A stretch of 58,496 nucleotides of DNA, filler included, from Sphacelaria rigidula (Eukaryota), in NCBI GenBank assembly GCA_964200075.2. It is 9 parts of 9 records of this genome, joined end to end, with 100 filler letters (N's around TTAATTAATTAA, not from the genome) between each part and the next. Parts side by side here need not be neighbours in the genome. Positions count along the whole stretch, not along the records: positions 45,577 to 51,986 come from CAXNAA020020242.1; positions 52,087 to 58,496 come from CAXNAA020020243.1; 7 more parts are not named here. The stretch is one strand, 5' to 3'. This document shows positions 47,907-58,496 of the stretch, piece by piece (the stretch's first letter is position 1; each line of letters starts with the position of its first letter). The translations under genes and the position numbers were made by a program. The notes under the pieces are model-generated. The model saw nothing but the letters and a program-made list of their open reading frames with translations. It was not told the origin of the DNA and ran no database searches.

Positions 47907-48790
47907 CACACTTCGGACGAGTCGTTACTCGTCGAAACGAGTGCACTCGTTGATGATTTTTGAAAACACAACGAGCATGACTCCTGTGCTCGAGTCCTCT
48001 TTTTTTCACAACGAGCGATAACTCGTTGCTCGAGTAATTTAGCTTTTCCTCAACGAACAATGACTCGTGTGCTCCAGTCATCAATGTTTTTCGCGACGAG
48101 CAATGACTCGTATGCGCGAGTCGTTAATTTTTTCACAACGAGCAATGACTCGGTGCTCCGGTCATTGTTGTTCTTCACAACGAGTAATGAGTCGTGTGCT
48201 CGAGCCATTACGATTTTATACAACGAGCAATGAGTCGCGTGCTCCAGAAATTCATCTTTTTTTACAGCGAGCAACGACTGGTGTGCTCGAGTCGTTCATT
48301 TTTTTACAATGAGTAATGACTCGTGTGCTCGAGTCGTTCATTTTTCCACAACGAGCAATGATTCGAGTGCTATAAATGCACTACTTGAGAGATATTTTCC
48401 GCCGCTCTGATAGAACTCTGACCTATGTGTGTATGTGGGGGGGGGGGGGGGAAGAATACAATGAAGACGAGTTTTGGAGCTTGACGCTTGTACATTTGCA
48501 AAGAAGCATATGAACTTGAAGATTCTAGGTTCTAGATCATCAAAGGCCGCATTATAATTATTCGGTCGTCGGATTGCTGACTCCTCCCCGAGAGTCTTTC
48601 ATTTACGAGCAGTGGCTCGTGTGCTCGAGTTATGTACTTCTCCACCACGAACAATGACTCGAGGATTCACCCTACCAATTTTTTGTACAACAAGCAATGA
48701 CTCGAGTGCTCGCTCTATTTTGTTTTTCCACAACGAGCAGCCTGACGAGTGCGAGTGCCACGAGTCATACTCGTGCTCGTCCGACGTGTA
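47907..48790. mobile_element. TIR element (hAT-like) composed of palindromic ~38-bp subrepeats, nested in another element
   Basis: TIR CACACTTCGGACGAG / CTCGTCCGACGTGTA (13/15). Imperfect 8-bp TSD CAAATGTT/TAAATGTC. The flanks rejoin to match 20610-20700 in reverse complement. Confidence 0.75.
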
Positions 48791-50494
48791 TAAATGTCGA
48801 ACATGAGCCGAATCGCGTATTTATTCGTCCATAGATTGGCCCGTGCCCAGGGCGCTTCCAATTTTAATTTGTTCCGGTGTTTGTGACGTTGCGGTCTCGG
48901 ATTTCGGTGGTGAAACCGGAGTGGTTTCGGCTGGGCCCTTGTTAGAAGTAGCTCTAAAATGAAGGTCTGCCGCATACACCCGGGGTATGGTGATGTATCG
49001 TTGCACGGAAGCGTAAAATTGTATTGAAGCATTAATCGTGTTCGTGTTATCGCCGTCGCCCTACCTTCGGAAGGGTCCGCAGCAAACCGGGCTGAGACGC
49101 GAGGCGTTTCCCGGCAAATTCCCGTTAGGTCGCCTCGCACTAGTCCCAGCCACTGCCATGCCTGTTATCAAATACACGTACACGACTTGCTTCCCGATAT
49201 GCCATAGACTGTAAGTTGCACACTGCTGTTTCTCGGGCAGACAAGAGATGGCGTCAAGCGCCAAGCAGCTGTACGCTGGACCGAGGGGCCCCATATCGGG
49301 AAATGACGGCACCACCACCCCCAAGGTCGCTCGAGCCTCATTCTGAGGCCGTAGGAGGGGAGGGACCCCGGGTACCCTATTTGAGGAGGGGGGGTACCCC
49401 CCTGATCGATGAATAATGGCGACAGTAGTTGCTGTGTGTGCGCGCATCGGTCTTAGGGCATAGATCTATGTACGGTACGTAAAATATGCTGATTGCTGCT
49501 GTGTGCGATACTGCGTACCAACCGCAGCGTGACGCCTTCGGCGGTACTACCTGCTCACTGCACAGCGACAGAGTGCAGGGTGACGAATCACACCGCAGGA
49601 CGTGACATCCTTAGCCCATCCCTGTCCTGCATTGATTTCGCGTTGTCCTATGCAGTTCGCCACATCATGAACGCAGCCGCTTGTGTCTACGGCCAGCGTG
49701 TACGCAGAATATCACCCCTCGCTACGCGCTATATATCTAAGCCACATTTTGTAAAGCTGTCCGTGTTGCAGCTACAGCGTGCGTTTGCCTCAGGTGGCGC
49801 ACGCAGGGATGAAAGACCGCCTCCGCCGCGGTAATGGCTGCCTGTATCTTGGGTGAAGCGTTATGGTAACACAGCCGCGGCTGGTGCGCCCACATATACC
49901 GAAAGGTTGAGACCGGCGTCCAGAATAGATAGGACGGCACACACAACACACTGTGCGCAGTACACTTTTAACATGGTGTTCGTATTGACTGTAGAAATCT
50001 TTGTCCATGGTTTGGTACATTTCCACACGTAAATGTATGTAATGTTACTCGGTGAGATCGTATAAACAATTCGCAACATCTGGGCGAACTGCAGATGAGG
50101 AGCAATCGCCGCAACATCCACCTGCAAACTCTGCTCCAGCGCACTACAAGTTGATATCGCTAGAAGGACACTACCGTAGCCACCTTGCCGGCTGCCAGAC
50201 CGTCAGAACGTAGGATCGGCTAGCATTGGTACTGTCTGTACGGGGATGCTGCCCCCTTGTCGGGTACGTGGGGAAGGATCCATGGCAGAACGCAGTGGTC
50301 GCGTCAAGCAGCTGCACGCTGGGCGTTCTCAATCAAGACTTTGATTTGGAGGATGATACTAGGTAGGCAGCGGCAACTGATGTGTATCCAAGTGCCCCTT
50401 GGAGCAGGATGCGTTTGGTTTCTGTTTGACAAAGGTTTCCCCAAAAAACGAAATCATGAGGGGTTTTAGAGCGGGAAAATATAGCAAAACAAAG

Positions 50495-50585
50495 GTCGCA
50501 AGAATTGAGTCGCAAGAATCATGTCGCAAGAATCATGTCGCAAGAATCATGTCGCAAGAATCATGTCGCAAGAATCATGTCGCAA
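50495..50585 (+). repeat. 14-bp minisatellite (GTCGCAAGAATCAT) x ~6.5
   Basis: Directly visible. Confidence 0.95.
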
Positions 50586-52332
50586 AACCCGAGTAGAAAA
50601 GAACCGGTGAGTCGAAATTTTACCAGGAGCAGAAACCAAATTAACTTCATTAAGTTGGAGAACCATGAAAAACGAGGAAAAATCCACCCACACTCTTCTT
50701 GCACAAAACATCGAATCTTCCCGAGCACAGAAGCTAACCACTATTTGTACATATATCATTTCACATTCTCCGCTTTTGCCGAGTTTTCTCTGGTAGCAAG
50801 GCATTTTTCCCCGCGGTTTCTTTTGCAGCGCACTAAGAAGGCTCAGCGGTATATTACCGTTCAGGTATGAGTGTCATCTGATAACTGTGTGGCGCGTGTT
50901 CTGGCCACCGGAAGTCGCTCAAACTGGCCTTTTTTCACGAGTGTCGATCCCGAACCACAAAAGCCTTTTCAAAATCATGGAAAACTTGAAGCAGGACCTC
51001 AAACCACAGAATCCTGTTGAAGATTATGGAAAACTTCAAACAAGATTACTTTTGGTGGGGGACTTTACCCGTGTTTTTCCTCGTCGCGTTCTCGTTCACT
51101 TAGGAGCACGAACGCACAGGTTATGCCGCCAAGGTCACAAGAATATGAGAGCAAAGCAGTTAAAAGCAAGTGAATATTGTCTTGATCTTGGTCAGCAGGA
51201 AACACAAGACCGTGCAATAGGCCCTTGGCGAGTCGAACAAGGCACAGCAGCACGGTAGCACGGCACAGCACAGGAATGTTTTACCGCAAAAAACAAACAC
51301 CCTGTTTGAAAAATCGGCCAAGTGAGGCGGGGTCTTATCAGAAGCGATTATCGCTTTTCAAGACAATACTTTTGTGAAAAACGACCGATGATTGGTTGCT
51401 TAGATACCACCCCCTGAAAAGTGCTAAAGCATCACTTTTGTAAAAGTGATTTTGGGACACCTCGAACGGGAACATGAAACATCCCGTTGACAGGGGCATA
51501 ACCGAAGTCTTGACAGACAAGTCAAGGCAATCAAACGTGAGCCTGAGGATCGCATTGCCCTCCGAAACCAAAACACACCGCTCCGTTCATCGCTGCGCAC
51601 CAACTGAGCACGCTGTGCGCGACCTTGCCCAAATCCGTTCATAATTCAGGGAGAACTGATGATTTGCGTGAAACGCGCGCACAGCACACGCTCAAAAACG
51701 GTCAGCAACAGCACGTTTTCGGTTGCTATTTGGCACGCACGCGGTCGCATTTCATCTAATACTGGACGGATTTCCGTCAAACAAAGGCTGTCGTGTGTAG
51801 ATGATGAAAAGCTAGCGCTTGAGCTAATGCGCGTGAGCGGTAAATGTCTATCCGTCTGTTTTCGTGGCTAGGTGTGTCGGCGCTGTGCTACCTCTTTGCG
51901 TCTTGTCCGCAGCAGAACAGAGATATTGCACTAACGGTCACTCTCAGAACCGCCGCATTTTTTACCTGTGCGCAGATCTTGGCTTCNNNNNNNNNNNNNN
52001 NNNNNNNNNNNNNNNNNNNNNNNNNNNNNNTTAATTAATTAANNNNNNNNNNNNNNNNNNNNNNNNNNNNNNNNNNNNNNNNNNNNCCCACATACACCGA
52101 AAGGTGTAGACTGGTGCCCAGAATAAATGGGACGACAACACAACACAACACACACACACTGTTACACACGCTTATTCACCAGCGCGGGGTCTGCACGATG
52201 TGTTCCAACATTCGGTTCTATCCCGCCGATCACTCTTGTCGGGAGGTAAAGGGGAACCGTCCTGGCTACTTCAGACCCGACGTCAATTTCTGTCGGTGGG
52301 TCACGAGGGAACAGTCTCGATTGTATGTCGCT

Positions 52333-53070
52333 CCGGGCACTCGTACACGCCTGACCCGTTCTGGATCTGTACTCCGCCTGCACTAGTACTCGGGTCTGCC
52401 CCGGCAAGTGCTATTGCCGGAGGGATGGTGAGGAAATATTCTCGATTATTTTTCTTTCCGGGCACTGGTCCACGCGATCATTAGCCCGTTCTAGGCCTGC
52501 ACTCGGTGTGCACTGGTACTCGGGTCTATCCCGACGAGCACTGTTGTCGGGGGGTGACGAGGCAGTACTCTCGATTGGGGGCACTGGTACACGCTTCGAC
52601 TGACCTGTTCTGGGCCCGCACTCGGCGTGCACTTGTACTCTGGTCCGTCCCAGCAAGTGCTATTGCCGGGGGGTGACGAGGAAATATGGTCGATTATTTT
52701 TCTTCCCGGGCACTGGTCCACGCGACTATTAGCCCGTTCTGGGCCTGCACTCGGCGTGCACGAGTACTCTGGTCTATTCCGGCGAGCACTATCGTCGGAG
52801 GGTGACGAGGTAATATGATCAATTCTTCTCCTCTCCGGGCACTGGTACACGCTTCGGCTGACCCGTTCTGGGCCTGCACTCGGCGTCCACGAGTACTCTG
52901 GTCTGTCCTGGCAAGCACTCTTGTCGGGGGCTGACGAGGAAATATAATCGGCCCTTCTCTCCGAGCACTAGTACACGCGTTGACATGATCTGTGTTGGGT
53001 CGGCCCTCGGCGTGTGCTAATACTCGGGTCTGTCCCGACAGGCACTATTGTCGAGGGATGGCAAATAAAT
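52333..53070 (+). repeat. Satellite-like tandem repeat, ~120-130-bp unit x ~6
   Basis: gggcactggt.cacgc...ccgttctgggcctgcactcggcgtgcac...gtactc recurs at about 52333, 52458, 52578, 52706, 52835 and 52961. Confidence 0.9.
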
Positions 53071-53797
53071 GTTTTCGATCCTTCTGTCGGGTTCTCGGTG
53101 CCTCGGACGGTTGGCCTACCGTATCTGTTTACTATCGAGTGTGCAATCAAGCTAAGCTCGACATCATATGGGGTTGTACCACCTCTGTGTTTTTCTGAGC
53201 CGGGGAGGGCTGTTCAGTGCGGGTGGTTGACTTCTACCGATGGTTGTGTTGTTATCGATTTCAGGGGCTGGATGATGTGTTGACCGTCAAATACCGAGCC
53301 GTGTATCCTACCTACCGGCGTTTCTGCACTCCAAACCGGGCTTGTATTCGAAGCGGTGAACCTGCGAACACGGTGTGGGGACGACGGGATGTGTTGACCT
53401 GCGTTCGTACTGCTATGCCTCCCTGAGTCGCTTCTCATGCAAGAGTCCATTCCGGTAAGTTGGCGAAACGCACCATCATTGCGATGTACATTCATCCCGT
53501 CTCTATTTGCTTTGTCTGTACCTTGACCCTCGCCGTGAATGAAGTTCCGAGCCATTGACACAAGTTGAGGTGCTCAAGCAATGCCCACCGACCTGTGTGG
53601 GTCCGTGAACAAAGATAAGACTGGACCAGGCTCCTTGCCGGTCGCCCCCCCCGCATAGCGGCGGGGCCCGTACCCTCATTCGCTCCCCGACGGGGTACCG
53701 CTCGCTCCTCCTCCTACCGCTCCCCCACTTCCACCTCTACCGTTCCCTTGCTGTACTCCCCTCCCACCTATCGCTAAACTTCAAGATCGGCTTCGGA

Positions 53798-54200
53798 TTG
53801 TTGTTGGCAGCGTTACTGTTTCCTGACCCCTTCGCGCCTCCCGCGCCGGCGGCCGCTGCTCCCGATACGGCACGGGGAGATTTTTTACTTTGGCGCCCCA
53901 TTCCCAACGGGCTGGACTCATTTTCCTCAACGGATCAAGATCCACTTAAAACAAGCATGATCGCCGAATTGCGAGGACTGGCGGAGAGGGTGAACAACTT
54001 CGTCGTATCACACGTGGCACAACTACAAGAAAACGCGAAAGGGAGCCGGGGATTCTCCGTCGAGGATGCAAACGGCCACCTAAGAGAGTGGATGGACGAG
54101 ATAGACCGAGTAGCAACGACCCTTCGACAGAAAATCCCGCTCGCCCCGCCGGACCACAATGACGGCGGTATTTGCCCATCCCCCCTTTTTGTGAGAGTTG
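53798..54200 (+). pseudogene. Coding remnant of unknown (probably TE) origin with a diverged inverted paralogue at ~55090-55170
   Basis: LLAALLFPDPFAPPAPAAAAP (+) versus LLAALIFPDPFAPPAPAPAAP (-), with mostly third-position differences. A helical segment follows. Confidence 0.4.
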
Positions 54201-55910
54201 GTCATCTTTTTCATGACCGGACACCCCCTCAAGCTCGCGGACCCCTGATGGGGTTGGAGTCGGTTGGCGATGGCGCTATAAAAACACGCCGCTCACTGCG
54301 TAAGCTAGGCAGCCAGATTACCGTTTTTTTTGCGCGCTTGCGTTTTTTTTGTTTTTGCGGTAACCATTATGGTAGTCGAGAAAGATCATGTTGTGCGGCG
54401 TGGGAGAACCTCAACTCCGCACAATGGGGATGATCGTACCACCTAGTATTTCAATGATGAGACACCCATGAGGCAGTGTACAAGCCGTGGTTGTCTCAGG
54501 AAGTAACGATACTAAAAAACGAAGCAACTCACCCCAGGCTGCCATCCATATACAAGATATGCCTAAAACGCTTCGGGTCGAACAATCTTCGCAGGATGCA
54601 GCCCCCCCCTTCATGCGACTCGCCGAACACATCGCGGCACTTCGCGCGTGATGATTGATAGCCAGCCTGGTCCAGCGAAAAGCCGGCGTGCTCCGTCCCG
54701 GCTTTGTAGGGATGCGACGTCAATGGCCTTCTGACTGTGGCATGCATGAGTACACCCCCTCCCCCCCGGTCAACCTCGTGGGACGACAGCGGATGGTACT
54801 CTAACCCAAGTCCCGACCGCAAAAAAAGAGGCAACACGCAGCAGCACCCCCATCAGCACCCGCCCCGATTCCGGTCAAGAAGACGCGCCCGACCGCGCCG
54901 ACATCGCAGCCCGAGTTATCAGCTGGACACAGCACGCCCGCCGCCGGCCTCGTCACCCACTCACAAATCTCCTCGAGGGAATCTCCTTGTGGGCCCCGCC
55001 CTTGGGCGTCTGCCTGTCTGGCTTCGGGCCTGGCAGGGACTGCTCTGCACGCCGGGCGCGAAGTGCATGTTTCCAAGACACGACACCCGTTCAGCCTTAG
55101 CGGGAGCAGCGGGTGCTGGGGCTGGAGGCGCGAAGGGGTCAGGAAATATTAAAGCTGCCAACAGCAATCCTCTTAGATTCCCGACCTCATGGCGATCACT
55201 ACGATTTGAAGTGTGGTGATTGGATAGATGTACGGTTGAGAATTCGTGCTTTCAATTTCGGTACCACTTGGAGGGCGCTGATTGGTGGAGGTACCTTTTC
55301 GCCCTTTAGCACCACCGCTATGACCTCACACAAAAATCTGGCTATGTCACCCTCTTCGTCTTTTCATTTCGATCAGTATGGTGCCATGTGTGCGACTATT
55401 ACGTGGGTATTGCGGAAGGCATTTGATGACTACACAATTTTGGGTGATGAGCGCAAACCAGCCTGTATGAAATGACACAACTATCGTGCACCGGTATGAA
55501 AGTCAAACACAGTCTTGCTAAAGTTACAGAACCTGTCGGGTAGGTTGTGAGAGCCTAATCGAACTCACAAAACTTGTCGGGTAGGAAGAGTATTGATGTT
55601 GCACAGAAAATCGGCCAGCAACCGGGTATTTTCACTAGAGTATACCCGCGCCCCGGGCAAGAGTGTCCATCACGGTTGGTATTTTTTTAAGGCGTTTTTT
55701 GTTTTTGAGACGTCTGACACGATTTTTAGCTCCCCAGCAGGAATTATAGCCATCGCACGTCTTGGACACTTTGAATGACGCCACAGAGAGGGGTACTCTA
55801 GCCCACTTTGCCGATTCACTTGGCTCAGAAAAACCTGCCGACACTGCATTCTTTTGTCCAGCTGGCATTTTGTTCAGAGCCATCCTCGACACCTCGGAGC
55901 CTACCGAATA

Positions 55911-56812
55911 CAGTAGTCAGCGTCAGAAGTATGCATAATTCGTAATTTCTTAGTTTCTCGAAGATTTTCCAAATTTGTTTCGCTTGCCACCGCTCATCAC
56001 AGTGACTGTCGTATGTAAAAAAATGGGCATCCGGATGTATTTTTATCCTCTTGACAAATATTGAAAGAAAAAATACCGGCGATCAATATTGAGTGACTTA
56101 TGGGCTTGACCGATCTTCGGGGGTCCTGCAAAAGTGCAAACCCAGGTTACAGCTTTTCGGTATTTTCGATGGACCGACTCGATCCTGATCATATAAATGA
56201 AGACTCAAAAATGATTATTTTTTCGAAATTTTAACTATTCGCTGCGCTGAAGCAGGAAAACTATTTAGCGTGGACCATTCACGGTCAATGACACCCTCCT
56301 GATAAACGGGGTCTTTACTCCGTATCGCTCCCACAACACCAACTTGGGCATTGTGATTTGAGCACGGTCTGCTTCTTTTGCCGAAACTATTGACGCTAGC
56401 ACTTTCGAGTGCCCATGGAAAATGTTATGCGAAAAAAAGCGAAAAGAGGCCATGCGCAGAAAATGCTTACCTGAGGTCTGTGGAGTATAGGAGGAAAACA
56501 CGATCTCGATCGTTAGTGTGAAAAATTGTATACGCATTCATTCATCTGAATATTTACCATTTCGTTGCGGAAGAGCCGGAAAACTGTTGCTATGGACCGG
56601 AAACGGTCAATAACACCCTCCTGATAAACGGGGTATCTAGTCCGTATCGCCCCAAAAACACCAACTTGGGCACTGCAGTTTGAGCGCGGCCTACGCTTTC
56701 CCCTAAATCTACCGGCGCTAGCACTTTTAAGTAGTGATAAAGAATAATACCCGAGAAAACCTCGACGACTACTACAACTACGAACTCTGACAACTTCTGA
56801 TGCTGACTACTA
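55911..56812. mobile_element. Full-length Tc1/mariner (pogo-like) non-autonomous element, 902 bp, nested in a Harbinger MITE copy
   Basis: TA|CAGTAGTCAGCGTCAGAAG...CTTCTGATGCTGACTACTA|TA. The flanks match the left and right halves of the 16072-16553 family. Confidence 0.85.
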
Positions 56813-58496
56813 TAACATGTGAGTCCGACTCCTGCCGGTGGGGTGATGCAAAGTTTCCAAGGCGTCTCATGGCGATATTTCCTGCCTGGAGGCCAAAAAC
56901 CATGCCAATTGTCCCAAAAGTGGAACCCCCCCCCCGTCCCAAATATCAACTATAAGACCGTGTGTTACAGTTGGTATTTTTCGGGAGGCGTACTTTCCTC
57001 TCTTGGGACATTTGAGAAACAGAAAACATCTCCATCACAAATATTTGACTCTTTGCATCGCCTCACAGAGAGGATCTAACCCGCACCTTTCCGATCTGTT
57101 TACCTCAAAGGTTTCGAGAACGGTCTCTTGACAAAAGTACAGCTGGAAAACAAAATGCGGTGTCTGCAGGTCATACAATTACCAGCTGTTCGAATCGATC
57201 CAAGTAACGGTCTAACGGTAAATATTTGTACAGGACTTACAGAATTCTCGGGCAAGGGTGTGGGAGACGTTTAGAACTCAAGACTATCGAGGAGGGGCAT
57301 ACAAATCTTACAGAAGCTGCACGACTGTCGGGTACTGGTATGAAAGTCCTACAAAAGTTACAGAACTTGTCGAATAGGGTATGGAGGTTGCGCAGAAAAC
57401 CGTACCCGCACTCGGGTATTTTCATACGGGTATACCCGTGCACCGGGGTAAGGGTATCGAGGGCTTACAGAAGTCACAGAACTATCGGGTAGGGGTATGA
57501 AAGTCTACAGAAGTCATAGAACTATCGAGTACGGGTATTCCCGCGGAAAATACCCCGGGTATATAAAAAAACGTTCCCCACAGAACACAACCTTGGAAAA
57601 ATGGTTGGTGTTGTAGTTATTGTATCTGTGCTACACGCTTTCAATTTTATGAAGGTGGTTTACGGTTTTTCAACTCAGACGCCTGGGTTACCTTCGAAGT
57701 GGTCATGCTCCGCGGCGAAGTCTCACACGTCCTCGGAGAAGAGGTGTCCACATCAGCACGGAAAGCCGATGATACAGACGACGCCCATGGCTGAGGCGTC
57801 CGAATGGCAGAAGACAAATCTGCCACACGGTACCTACGACCTTCTTCTTATTACTTCCGCGCATTCGTCCCATCTCTCGAACCCGTCGCTGCAGACACGA
57901 AGAAGCCGTCCCTGCTGTTTCTTACAAAACGTGGTGTCCCTATCATTTTCTCCCGCGACTGCAGACTAATTGCGGAAACAAAAACAGTCAACCAAAATAT
58001 TACCAAAATGCAAATAAAAAGAGAGACACCGAGAAAACAGGCGAGCTACAAAGCACGCCGAAAGGAAGCAAAATACAAGAAGAACCAGATGACGAAAGGG
58101 AGTGAGCATGGTCACCAAGCGAAGGTCACGCCGAACAACCCCAGGCACCCTCATGAACGACAACTACGGCTGTTCGGAGAGACGGTAGATGCACTGACGA
58201 GTGTACTACCCCATGGTCCACTGGTTCCCCATTGGGAGCATTTTTTTCCTATGGTGGGAAGGTAATACCGTTCGCTCCGGCTTACGCACGAATCATGGTA
58301 CTGTTCTGTGACACGCGGTATGCCAGCTCACGTATGTATCATGTAGGTGTTTACTCGTCGACCAAAAACAATTATTCCGAACGCCTGGCTAATAACAGGA
58401 AACATTCGGCCGATGAGCACTGGAATGGTGAACGAAAATAAAATAAAAAATGGACGTCAAGTTTTCGATATGGAAAAATTGGGTCTACGGAGGAAG

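Overview
This is eukaryotic, intron-containing, repeat-rich DNA. It is most likely a brown alga or related stramenopile; that is inferred from exon/intron style, TTAGGG-like motifs and repeat content, not verified. The window is NOT one contiguous locus. It is nine size-sorted contigs of 6410-6411 bp joined by eight identical 100-bp linkers (N44-TTAATTAATTAA-N44), so no synteny should be read across linkers. Two host genes are recognisable: the last three exons of a splicing factor ESS2/DGCR14 orthologue (minus strand, 36502-38966) and the last two exons of a MYB transcription factor with a polyQ and Gly/Asp-rich tail (26966-29016). A few orphan exons are also present. Most of the remainder is transposon material: hAT, Tc1/mariner, PIF/Harbinger and piggyBac-type MITEs (many with visible TIRs and TSDs, several nested), tRNA-derived SINEs, LINE-like 3' tails, a scrambled hAT transposase pseudogene, a decayed Gln-rich gag-like ORF and a probable Helitron Rep remnant. 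The most unusual structure is a ~261-bp palindromic satellite built from alternating forward and inverted copies of hAT transposase coding sequence (25267-25944), which could produce hairpin RNA. A dispersed repeat carrying telomere-like repeats also stands out. No CRISPR array or prokaryote-type system is supported.
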